64,000 bases of DNA. It comes from the human T2T-CHM13v2.0 reference genome, Homo sapiens. The notes beneath the pieces were generated by a model. The model worked only from the letters and a program-made list of their open reading frames with translations, searched no databases and had not been told where the DNA came from. Positions 17,242 to 30,038 of this stretch are shown piece by piece. The stretch lies in assembly GCF_009914755.1 (NCBI RefSeq), contig NC_060929.1; one strand, written 5' to 3'. Within the stretch, counting starts at the first letter, position 1. Each line of letters opens with the position of its first letter. Made by a program: the position numbers and the translations under genes.

Positions 17242-19079
17242 TAAAAAAAAAAAAAGTTTTTTTTATTCTCCCCAAACTCCAAAATGAAGGGCTACTATTA
17301 TATAAACCTCTTTCTTTCATTTTAAACCTTGGTGTACTTTCATTCATTAAAATTTATAGTAAGATGTCAACAAATTCTCAGTTCAAAGTAGTTCATTGTC
17401 CAAGTCTCCAGAAAAATCCATGGGTATTAAAAACTGAAATACTTTAAAAGTTCAGGAATAACATTTTAAAATTCAGCAATAAAATACTTCTTGGAATAAG
17501 AGGAAAATGCTTTCTAGAAACCTTTCAAATAAAACCAAACTTAAAAGAAATGTGCATTTCTTAAATTTGATTTCAAATTCTCGAGTTTCCTTGTGTCTGA
17601 GGGTAGGAAACATAACTCCTCAGCACAGGATTAATAGCAGCTGGCTTATAATACTCACCCTGAGAGCAAATAAATACACTGTGGGAAGCAGATACTGTTC
17701 TAGCTGAAATAGATATTTCAGTGGCAGTCAAAACAGGGCAGACATATTGATGTCCTCATCTGCTTATCATCCATATCACAATCATAGAATTAACTTTTCT
17801 TTTTGCTAATTTATAGGTGGTTAAAGCTTTCTTTGACAGTAAAATTACAATGGATGATTTCTCTTTTTTGTTACTTTGTTTTGTTTCACAACAGGTGTAT
17901 AGTCATGCTACTGGCAAATAATAAAACTGTCCAATAATTTCTTTCCAACTATGCACACTTAATTTTACTATTTTGCTTCTTTAAAATAATTCTACAAGCC
18001 ACTATTTTTAAAGTTATATTTTTACATATCAGTCATTCATTAATGAATCTATAATTTCAATAAGAGTTTCTTTAGGAAGAGTGGCTGTATCATAAATAAA
18101 ATGAAGAAAACATCCAGCATTTGTAGGCTGCTCTGATTTGGGAAAATATTGTGTTTTTAAACTACCAATATACCTCTTATAAATGTCATTCAAACCCAAC
18201 CTTGTTATGCAGCTAATTTTTTAGAATTTCATTATTTAGATATAAAATTACTGTTACTTGTAGAAAAGTTGGAAAGTACAACAAAACGGAAGGAAAAAAA
18301 AATTGTCCACAATCCAACCCTTGTAGATGGCTAATACTAACATTTTAGTTTACTGCCTTCTTGTCTTTTTTCAAAGCATAGGTAATATATACATTCAACT
18401 TTTTAAAATGAATTCAAGCCATACTAAATATATTTTTGGTTTCTTGTACTATTACTTAACATTATAGCTGGAATTTTTATGTCAATAAATATTTATTTTA
18501 AAAAGTTGAATCACTGAAATGCATTTCAAGATAAGGATTACTGTAATTTAACCAAATCTTCACCTGTGGGCATTTACATCATTTCTAATTTTTGTTATTA
18601 TGCTAAAAATAATATAAGCACATGTATACAATGCTTTCTTCATATCTCTAATTTTCTGGCTTTGGAAGGGAATTATTAAAATATATATTTTTAAGGTTCT
18701 TAATATTTTTAAATTAAAAATGTTTACTATTAACTTTAGAGACATAGCCATAATACAATGTCAAAATGTTTTGCTCAAGTCATAAAGTAAAAACTGTTGG
18801 TGCACTAGTGCAAGGCCTGCTTTAAACACTTGGCACACATAACATATACAAAAGCTTGGCATTTTTGTTAAAAGCACCCAGAGATGGCACATCTGTGTTG
18901 CCCTTTGGCATAAGATGTCCCTAGATGGAAAGACACAGCAACATAAATATATCAAATCTCCAAGCTAAGCTGTAAATGGAATGCAGCCCTAATAAAAGGA
19001 TTTTTATAGCAATATAAGCATATTTATATTAATATATAAAATTTATATTTCAGTCATATGCAATAGTAAACAAGCAAGC

Positions 19080-20110
19080 ACAGAAGTAGAAAATTTTGAA
19101 AATGAAGAACAATAAGGGTAAACAAGCTTTCTCAGATACTAAAGCATATTATAAAGCTTAGGAAAAAACTCAGATAAAAGAAAAACTGATAAATTCTGCT
19201 ACTTACAAATACAAAATATCTCCACGGGTAAAAAAATTACCATAAGCAAATCTAAACCCGCACTGTGAAAAATATTTGCAAAACACAGACGGGGGCTAAT
19301 TTACCCAACATATAAAGAGATCCTATTCTTAGGAGCTCCTATTCATATAATAGTTATATAAAGACTAATAATCCAATAGAAACTTGGGCAAAGGGCATAT
19401 ACAGATATTTCACACAAAAGGGAATACCAACAGCTCTTGAACATATGAAAAGATGTTCAACTTCACATCTTAAAAAACACCAATTAAAACTTTGGTGAGA
19501 CACTGTTTTTTACCTTTAGATTGGGAAAGTTTGGTGACACACTCTTCTAAGGCTCTGGGAAAACAGGCACTTTCACATAATGCTGCTGGGAATGTAAACT
19601 GATGCAACTTTTGTGGAGTATCTGTAGAAATTTCATATCCACATGCTCTTAACCCAGCAAGTTCACTTCTAGGCTTTTATCTTACTGATATATTCATTTA
19701 TACATGTGCAAAATTTCACACATACATGGTTGCTTGTTACAGGGGCGCTGTAGTATCGAGAGACTGGAAACAATATAAAGGGCCATCCATCAATGGGTAC
19801 TGGTTAAAATAAGTTATGATACATTGAAACAACTGAGTACTAGGCAGTCAGTAAGAACAAAATGAAGAAGCTCTTCATGCATTGGTATCGGATGACCTCT
19901 GAGATAGATGGGGATGGGTAGATTTGTATATATGTACATATGTTATTGATTGTATATGCATAAGGCATCTTGGCAGAACTCATAAGAAGCTTGTAATAGT
20001 AAATGGCTTTGAGAATGGAAACAAGGTTGCTGCATTGTACTCTTTGAATTTCGAGGCATTTGAATATATTAACTATTTTTAAAAATTAAATAGAACTGAA
20101 TTAAATGTTT
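19080..20110 (+). mobile_element. Old L1 (L1M/L1ME) 3' fragments
   Basis: Degenerate L1 motifs acatatgaaaagatgttcaac, tgctgctgggaatgtaaactg, aacccagcaagttcacttctagg. Confidence 0.75.
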
Positions 20111-22329
20111 TAAGTTGAGTAGGCCCTTACAACCACAAGAAATAGCTTGGGTCCTAATGGGGCAGTCCAAAGAAGAATAAAGGAAATATCTCAGCAAAAG
20201 GCTAAGAAAATAACCAGGACCTATTGTTCCCCTAAGTCCTCAATTGTTAGGTAGCCTGAATTCTCTAGTCTCCATGCCAACCACGCAGCAGAGCACTAAC
20301 CAGTGCCAGAATTTCTTTGGCGGTGAAAATCAGGCCTAGAGCTCTCCTCACCTCCTTCTTCTTGTTGCTGGCAACAGAGTAGCTACTATAGCACACACAC
20401 AGAACTGACCAGTGAATGAATGGCTGGGAGCTTTCCAGTTCTGGGCAAATATAAAACTCAGGGAAACAAAGACAGTATTGGAGTCGCTGGGTCAGTGATT
20501 AGAGATCCTTATGTCACCCGCTTCAGAACACCAGCCCTGAGTTTTCTCTCAGCTGTGCACCAGTGACTGGATGCCTGACTGCAGCAGCCACTACGACAAG
20601 AAGGAGGCAGTATAGATGAAGCCTACCATAAGATGGAGCTCATCCTTACAGAGATCTTTTCTTTAATTTTTTTTTAAGTTAAAAGCAATAAATGTATTCT
20701 TAAGTGGTAGATGGATTGTTCTTTGGCTTTAGGCAAATGTATTAGAGGAAAGTAACACATATGGCCTTGAAGGGGAAAAATAGGGCAACTATCAAGATCT
20801 GGATCTAATTGCTTAACTAGTCTCTTAGCAGTCAGCCTTGAATAATAGGCAAGGTCAGGATGAAAGCGACTTCTAAGAATGCCTTACTCCCCCTGTCCTA
20901 AGTACTGTATCTCTATTAAATCACTTACTTTCCAGAACACCTCTGAGGTAGTCATTCCTATGATTTCTACTTTACAAATTGAAAGTATAGAAAGGTTAAC
21001 TAAATTTGACCAAAGTTACCCAACAAATAAATGTACAACTAAAATTGAACCCAAATAATGGGGCTGCACAGGCTGTACTCTAATCAAAACATACGGCATT
21101 CAATATCACAGTAGTTTTACATAAAATCTAAGCATTAAACATAATTTTTGCTAGATCTATCCCACCCTGAAACTCACAAATCACAGTGTATGTAAATGTC
21201 TGCATTCGTTTCCCTTTGTTAATGTTTCCTATATTGCTGAACAACATCTTTGTTCTGAAACACAGAAAAGATGCACATGATTATATGCATACAGGAGCTA
21301 AGCAACACATTTTTCCTGAAATAAACACTAGTCCCACTTATTATGTACCCCATTTTTCCTCCTCCCTCTAAATCAAAGCAGTGTTTCATTTAACATATGT
21401 GTCATCTAGTATGAGCAAATAAACTACATAAAGCAAAACAAAACAAGAGTATTTGGCGACCCTTTAAATTATCATGCCAGACATAGTGGACTTCTTGTTC
21501 AGAGCTAAAAGACACTGACATCCTCCTCTCTCCCTAGACACAGACAGGGCTTACTAAGAGAGCATCATTTCCATTTCCAAAGGTCATGGAGTTTGTGACA
21601 AAATAGTGCTTAGTGATGCTTGTTCAAAAGCTGAAGTGAAGAAAGTACAACAAAAGAAGGGAAGCATTTTAGAATGGGCAGAGACCTTAGTTTTTAGAGC
21701 TCAGAAAAAAATCACACAGCTAGAAAATGTTAGAAATCAGCTACTGCAATACTTTGAGTCTTCTGGAGGAAAGTGAAGATTAGAAAAGTTAGCTCCACAG
21801 CAGCACAGTGGAATTAGGACGCATAGTTCCTGAGACTCTCTGTCATGAGTTGTGCATACTAGGCAAAGAAGACTAGAATTATGGCAACCTCACCATGAAC
21901 TTGTTATGGTTTTCTCTTTGTACTACTGGCCTCTCCTAATTTCTCCACCATGAGAAAAGCAGACAGGTACATTGAGAAGCACAATTATGAAGCCTAAGAC
22001 CCACAAGGCTTTGGAGCCAGACCACTGAATATTTCAATGACTCCATCCTCTACCAGCCTGTGATCTTGGGTATATTACATTTCCAGCATCTGTTTCTTGG
22101 CCCAGTATTGGACACTGTATGACTAACCTTGTAGGAATCTGGGGAACACTGGAGATAATGTAAGTTAAGTGCCAAACACAGTAGGTGATAAAAAATGAAA
22201 CGTATTATTACAAGCATATATTTCTCTACCCATTGACAGTCTTCATCTTTTTTTAGTTCCTCAAATCATTGCACGTGTAGGAAACATCTACAGCACTTAA
22301 CATGACTACAAGTGAATGCTAATTTAAAA

Positions 22330-22975
22330 AATAATTATGAACTTTTTCAAACATACAGGAGAGCATGGAAAATAATATACCATCACCAATGTAAGTACCC
22401 ATTAAAAATACAGAGCTGTCTTGTACGTTTTAAAACTTTATATAAATGTTATCAAATTATCCATATTATTCTATAATTTACTTCTCCCACATATTACATT
22501 TTAGAAATTTACCCATATTCACATATGTAGGTTTCCTAGTTATTTTTAATGCCCTATAGTATTGATTTCATGAACCTGCCATAATGTATTCCTGCATCCT
22601 CCTACTGATGGACATTTAGATTGTTTCCCATTATTTACCTATTACAAAGAATGCTGCATAGGCATCCTTCTCACTCGTGCTTCTTTGGGTACCTGTGAGA
22701 GAGTTTCTTTGGGATACAAATCCAGAGGTAGAATTGCTAGATTCATAAGATATGCCCATCTTCAACATTACTAGTCATTGCTAAATCATGTTTCCAAATC
22801 ACTGTAGCATTTTATTGTCATCTTTGCTCGAGAGTATTTTTTAGGTTCTTTATTGAGATATATTTTACATACCATAAAATTTACCCATTTCAAGTATACA
22901 ACTCAACAGTTTTTAGTATATGTGCAGAGTTGTGCAACCAGCACTGCAATCTAATTTTAGAACATTTTAATGTGA
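22330..22975 (-). mobile_element. Old L1 3' fragments (L1ME plus L1MB-like)
   Basis: ctactgatggacatttagattgtttcc...; ttattgagata...catttcaagtatacaactcaa. Confidence 0.75.
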
Positions 22976-23463
22976 TAGCATTATTTATAAATACACATAA
23001 AATATACAGAAATCTGTAAAGCTTGTTATGTGTCCTGTCCAATATATACATGGAAAACCTCCGGAAGGAGCTAGTTTGTAGAGGTCCCCTACAAATAATA
23101 GAAAAAAACAATTTTCTTGATTTAAACCTGTAGTTTGAGTAGGTAGCTGAAAGCAACATTTCTAATTAGATTTGGAAACTGCTTAAATGCAGGTTCCTGT
23201 TACTTGCTAATAAAAGCATTTCTAATTATTCACCTCAGAGTGAAAATGACTCAGAACTCACTCTATCTGAAGAGAAATAGAAGTGTGTTAAACTAACTAA
23301 AGAAGTGATTTCCCCAGAACAATTCTTGCTCATGACAGAAAGGAAGGCAACTGTGAAGGAGTATAGATGTTGGAGTAAACAGTTGTGAGAGCAGGTTCAT
23401 TGGCAAAGGAGAAGAGAGAAGAGCAATTGTCTTTCTTTTTTTCCACAAGTTAATTCGTTGAGC

Positions 23464-23763
23464 TTTTTTTTTTTTTTTTTTTTGAGACAGAGTCTCACTG
23501 TATCGCCTAGGCTGGAGTGCAGTGGCCAGATCTAGGCTCACTGCGACCCCTGCTGCCCAGGTTCAAGCAATTCTCCTGCCTCAGTCTCCTGAGTAGCTGG
23601 GATTACAAGCACCTGCCACCACGCCTGACTAATTTTTGTATTTTCAGTAGAGATGGGGTTTCACCGTCTTGGCCAGGCTGGTCTTGAACTACTGACCTCG
23701 TGATCCACCCACCTTGGCCTCCCAAAGTGCTGGGATTACAGGCATGAGCCACCACACCCAGCC
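23464..23763 (-). mobile_element. AluS
   Basis: Full Alu; TSD tc(g/a)ttgagctttt. Confidence 0.95.
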
Positions 23764-23882
23764 TCATTGAGCTTTTAATCAAATAATTTTCATGCTCTGA
23801 GTTATTAATTAATGGCACTTTCAAGTATTACTTACCTCAATCCAAACTTAATATGTTAATTGACAAGAGTATTGCCACATAT

Positions 23883-23885
<3 letters not shown>

Positions 23886-23921
<36 letters not shown>
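23886..23921. repeat. (TA)n microsatellite
   Basis: About 17 AT units. Confidence 0.95.
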
Positions 23922-23922
<1 letters not shown>

Positions 23923-26109
23923 AAAGTTGTCCTTATCCAGCCGTTAAGTGTTCAAAATCTAATAAATTTTTCTACTTGGAATCTCATAAGAAACATCAGG
24001 TCCATGGACAACAACATCAGTTCTCTGGTTCATTCCTTCTGGTCATTGGCTTAAGGACATCAACTTCCAGATGCTGTGGTTTCATTTCATCAAGTGCCTG
24101 ACAGCTTTCTGAAATTTCCTCCTTGCCCTTCAGACCATCCACAGGTGTGGAGGGTACGTCACTTTCTGTGACAGCTTAGCAGATGACCTAAGACCAGGCG
24201 GTGTAAGACTGAGAAGAGGAGGAAAGTCACAGAGGCAGCGCAGATTGCTCAGGGCAAACACACGGAATCCCACCTTACCAGCAATGCAGCCATGGCAACA
24301 GCTTCTCACTAGCCCTGGGGCCAGCCCCACCACACTCATGGATCAATGGACTTTCTCTACAGTTGGGAATAGCCTGACTCCACAGCATGGCATGTGGTTT
24401 CTTTACCTGCACTGAGGTTTTTTACCTGCAAAATGTACAGATAAAGGACCTGAAATCCTTTGCCTGCACTGAAATGATTCTCCTGAATTAGATACTAATA
24501 TTGAGCCACTCTACACCCTTTGAATACTTGGGCCCCAACTCAGATTTCCTTTGCAACAAGACTGTGAAAACCACTTTGATCTCTTTTTTGCAGGGTCCTT
24601 TGCTGGGCAGACAGATGACTCAGTGAAATCTAGTCTATTTATTCGTTACTGGAGAGGAAGTGATTAAGCTTTCCAGGCTGGAACAACATCCACCATCAGG
24701 AACTGGGATTGGGCCTTAGGAATGAGCTGTTGCAAATGAGAGGGCCAAGGGAAGTTATTTCTGTTACTAGTGGTGTTACCTTCTATGCAGTGAAGTGGTT
24801 TTGACAACCAATGCATTAGGATCTGCAAAATTGAAGGATGAGGGACTGAAGCGGAAAACATCCCTGACTTGTGCTGGAAAGCGTTAACCCCAGCAAACAG
24901 CTTGTTGAATTCAAGGCAGAACTTAAGTTAGTCAGGAAAGAAAGGAGCAGAGTAGACTAGTGATACTCTTACTCCCTTCTCCACCCAACCCAAGGGGAAT
25001 AGTATAACTAAACTCATACAGCCTATTCCCAAATGAGGCAAAATTATCTGGGAGTTGCTAAGCCCCAGAAAAGAGCTAAATTAAACGGATTACACCCTCT
25101 GCCCTCCATAATCAAATGAACACAAAGTTGATCCACCATTTTTAAGTGTAAGGAGCAACAAAACTCCACTGAAGGCATCCAGGTCTGAGCCATTCTTCCT
25201 CCTAACTGACTTCAAAGCTGGCACTCCTAGACTCCATTTTCCTGCTTTTCTAGTTTATGGCTCAACTTTCTACTTGTTAGAATCATGGCACCATGCTCTT
25301 GCATCCTTCATGCCACCAGCTTCCTCCGCACTCATACTCATCATTAACAGCTCACACATCTCTTGCTGATCAAGGGGGCTCCTCTGCTTTTCAGTGCCTG
25401 ACTGGGGGCTGTACTGCACATGGGAACAAGGCCTGGCATCTTCCTTTGTCTTTGTTTAAAATCTATTCCCTACAAGTTGCGAGGTTTCCAAGGATAGGAT
25501 TGTGGGTATGTAAAAATGCATATGTGTCCTGCCCGCCAACCCATGCTGCATATTGAATGTGTGTAGGCAACAAAAAATAGTTCTAGTAGCATAGATATGG
25601 TAGCTATATGTGAGGCACTAGCTCATTAAATCCTCAAAATGACCTTTCAGGGAGGTATTTATGATCTTTATTTTTAGATGAGGACATTAAAACTCAAAAA
25701 AATTAAGTGTCTTTTTAAGAACATCACTTACAGAGGACAGAGGTGGAATTCAAATCCAGGTAGTCTGACTCAGAAACGGTGTTGGAAGATGTTTGGATGC
25801 AGGGAGGCTAGGAGGTGTCCACTCAGGGTAGGGGTAGGGAGAATTTTGAAATAATGGAACCAGCTGGGAGTCAGATGGCTCTTTATCATTACTGGGTATC
25901 AACAATTTTCAATAATGCAGTGATGAATTATTTTTTCCATATGGGTGGACCACTCCTATCATCTTATTAGGCTGGACACTGTCATGTCTGTATACAGTGT
26001 CGGACACTGGAGCAGCCAGGCTACACCTTGGAAGGGAGCTCAACCGAAACACTGAGAATGGAAGAGCAAAAAGATGGAAAGAACCTGGGTTTGTTTTTTT
26101 ACCTTTTCT

Positions 26110-26580
26110 TTTTTTTTTTAATTACAAGTTGAGCATCTCTAATATGAAAATCCAAAATCCAAAACACTTCTGGTCCCAAGCATTTTGGATAAGGGATATT
26201 CAACTTGTATTGTGGTAAAATATATATAACATAAAATCTATCATTTTAGCCATATTTAAGTGTACAATTCAGTGGTATTAAGTACATTTCGCAATGTTGT
26301 GTGTCATCACCATTACCCATTTCCAGAACGTTTTCAACAACCCCAAACAGAAACTCTGTACCCATTAAACAATAGCTCCATATTCCTCCCTGCCCTCAGC
26401 CCCTGGTAACCTCTATTCTTTCTGTCTCTGTGAATTTACCTTATATAAGTGGAATCCTATAATATTTGTCCTTTTGTATCTGGCTTATTTTACTTAGCAT
26501 AATGTTTTCAAGGTTCACCCATGTTATGGTATGTATCAGAATTTCATTCCTTTTTAGAACTGAATAATATTTCAGTATAT
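26110..26580 (-). mobile_element. L1MB-type 3' end
   Basis: ttgtggtaaaatatatataacataaaa...aagtgtacaattcagtggtattaagtac...ttcaaggttcacccatg. Confidence 0.85.
26125..26207. mobile_element. 83-bp internally deleted Tigger4/MER46 MITE inside the L1MB tail
   Basis: TIRs caagttgagcatctctaat / ataagggatattcaacttg, with TA on each side. Confidence 0.8.
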
Positions 26581-26728
26581 GACTGGGATTTTAATGACAC
26601 ATTTGAGCCCCTGTACCTTGGCGGACCTCTTGTTAAGTCGGATAATATTTTTTTCTTATGGTTTAGGCCACGTGGCGTGGGGTTTTCCTAACTGATACAT
26701 GAGGCTCAACTCGGGTTCTCCCCTGTAA

Positions 26729-27367
<639 letters not shown>

Positions 27368-27445
27368 TCATTTCAAAACACTCTTCCACAATCTTCATTG
27401 GAGTTGAAAATAAACAAGTTTAGTCAAGAGTAAAGAATAAAAACA

Positions 27446-27451
27446 TTTATT
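27446..27451 (-). terminator. Distal TICAM2 poly(A) signal AATAAA
   Basis: tttatt on + strand with U-rich sequence downstream on the minus strand. Confidence 0.75.
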
Positions 27452-28084
27452 TTAAAAATACCATTTAGCATCAATTGCCCCAAGTTTGGCAGGCATGAAG
27501 AGTGGGCAGTTCATGTTTTATTAGTATATAAAATTGGCTTTACAGGAAGCATTATGGCAAAAAAATGAATACTTATTATGAAAACTGAAAAAGAGAAGTG
27601 AGTAGTAAGCTACTATCAGAACGTTAAGGCTAAGAAAATGTCACTATGCAATGAAAACCATCTCCTCCTCTAATAAGTACTAACAGAATAGGAGGCTTGA
27701 CTTACTTGCATGCTCCTCATAGAACGTTTTGGTTCATGGCTATGAAGAGGTAACTGCAAAAAGATGTGTGCAGATCCCGGTACTGGTAGGGGATATACAA
27801 GTGGGGAATAAGAAAAAAGAAATTAAGCAAAATGTCTTTACTCAAGGATCTCTATAAAAATTTATTTTTAAGAAAGCCTGAGTAAGCATGTATATTTTTT
27901 TCCTGTGACTTTAAGTGTAATGACAGCATTAAAAATAAATTATGCTGTCAATATACAAAAAATATCTTTTCATTATAAGCATATATAAAGCCTTCTGCAA
28001 CTATTACATATCACTTTATCGAATCCAAACTTTTTTGCTTGTTCCCTTTTGTGGTCCCTAGTTTTTCACATCCTCATAGAGGAC

Positions 28085-28215
28085 AAAAGCCTTTAGAGAT
28101 CCATCAATTCAACCCTTTCATTTCACAGATAAAGGAGGGTAAATAGTTTGCCCACAGTTACATTCATCCTCAGTGGCAGAAATTGGACTAGAACCAAGTC
28201 TCATGATCCCGAAGA
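28085..28215. mobile_element. MIR-family fragment in the TICAM2 3'UTR
   Basis: catttcacagataaagg...ttgcccacagttaca...agtggcagaaattggactagaaccaagtctc. Confidence 0.65.
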
Positions 28216-29330
28216 GGGCTTTTCTCATTACATGACATGACCCATTCTCCACCCCATCCCTGATCTCAAGTGGACGATGCTCCCTCAATCTCAGATGGGC
28301 AGAAGGGCTGTGGAGGAAAGAAACAATCCTGTTTGGGGCCTCTCTGGCTTGTTAGGAGCATGGGGCTCTAGAATAGGAGGTAATAAAATACATCTCCTTC
28401 TATCCAAAGTCTTTATAAATAACCTATCACACACACACATGCACACAGTCAGGCTACTTTGAAGACCTAAATGAGAAATACTTCCTGAGAAGAGAATTGT
28501 GTGTGACGGAAACTTTTAAAGCTTCCATAAGAGAGGTTTTTGATTTAAAAAGTGAATATCTGGCCACTCACACAGTTATACGCCTTTTAGAAGCTCTGCA
28601 AATAAAGCCATAGTTACAAATGATGACTAATATGAAGAGATTTAAGCCCCAGGGGACGTCTGAACACCACTCCACGAAGTCCCTAACTACCACACTATCA
28701 AATGGGCTGTGAATCGGTGGTGGGAAATGCCTCCAAATATGCAGATTTCAGCAGAAAATACATTTGACTGGGTTCTTTTAAAAAGTTCCACCATTCTCAC
28801 ATCTATTTCTGATTTTATATGCATCAACGCTTAACATGCTAAATGTTCTATTCTGGCAATTCATATTTCTGGGTGATAGTACCCGAATGCTTATTGCAAC
28901 ATCCATGAGAGGTGCCTCAGGAGGAAGTGTGATCAGATCTCCTGGGGCCATTTTTTTTCTGTGTCCTTTGAGATCAAAATTCAGAGAATAAAAGTGTTGT
29001 CACATTTTTAAAAATGTCTGTCATACAAGTTTTTGTTCAAGGTTCAATACAAGGAATATGGATTGAGAATTCCTTTTTCATATCCATGAACTAGGAAAAT
29101 TGTGAAAGAAAAGTCCTTGAAACTCTGACAATGTCAAGTTTACTGAAACATCAAAAAGTACCACAATTTTATAGGCTGTCCTGCAGAAATTTATCTTTCT
29201 TGTGCTCCATAGGTTTCTTTAAGGTGAAGACTCTCTTTTATTTAAACATTTCCTAGAAACTGCTTTCTCAAGTGAAGATTAATCATTTGGTTTACAAAAC
29301 AAGAGCCAGCCACATGTTATATGTTTCATC

Positions 29331-30038
29331 TCAGGCAATAAATTGTCTTTGTACCATATTTCTTGTCTCTTTCCATATAGTTTGTTGTGTCTTATACACA
29401 GACTCCTGAAAAATTCTTTCTACTTGTGTAGGAAATCCACGACTTTCTTCCTCTAAGGCATTGATGGTTTGGAGGGCAAAGGGAGTCCTTTCTCGGGGAA
29501 GGGGATTGTTCAGGGGCCGCATGGGTATAACAGAGTTGTATTTATGCTGCCTGTTAACGGAGTTCATTAGGGACGTATAGAACTGGAAATTACACCAAGT
29601 ATCTCTTAAAAAGTTTTCAGTCAGTAATAAGATTGTCCATGCAGACCCATTTACAGCATCATCTAAATTCTGTAAATGCTGTCTGCCACATGGCATCTCA
29701 GCAAAGATTATTCCGGGTTTGATACCAAAGTCATCTTGTAGCAGATTCTGGACTCTGAGGGCTTCATCTGTGTCATCTTCTGCATGCAATATCACAAATT
29801 TGAGGAACACCTCTTCTTCAGCTTCTTCTTCAAACATCTCTTCCACGCTCTGAGCTCCCTCCTGCTTTCCTGTTGGCCCCTCTGTTGTATTGCTGTGCTC
29901 AGCAACATTACACAAGGATAGATCTTCAGACTTCTTGGAATCTGACTCATGATATCCTGGACTTGTATCCACACTGTGCCTTTTACCCCAAGAGAGAGAA
30001 AGAGGGCAGGAATTTATTTTAGACTTCCCGATACCCAT
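29331..30038 (-). CDS. TICAM2: TIR domain-containing adapter molecule 2 (TRAM), TLR4-TRIF bridging adaptor, 235 aa, CDS within one exon
   Basis: ORF MGIGKSKINSCPLSLSWGKR...QRQFIA matches human TRAM: myristoylation motif MGxxxS, S16, acidic stretch, TIR domain with E87-D88-D89, BB-loop P116-C117, Y167, PRERTP (E183). Strong Kozak ATA-ATG-G. Confidence 0.99.
   Translation of the reverse strand: MGIGKSKINSCPLSLSWGKRHSVDTSPGYHESDSKKSEDLSLCNVAEHSNTTEGPTGKQEGAQSVEEMFEEEAEEEVFLKFVILHAEDDTDEALRVQNLLQDDFGIKPGIIFAEMPCGRQHLQNLDDAVNGSAWTILLLTENFLRDTWCNFQFYTSLMNSVNRQHKYNSVIPMRPLNNPLPRERTPFALQTINALEEESRGFPTQVERIFQESVYKTQQTIWKETRNMVQRQFIA

Noticed and set aside
20440-20700. TATAAAA followed ~235 bp later by AATAAA on the plus strand
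   Set aside because: Short motifs expected by chance; no ORF or RNA-family signature between them.
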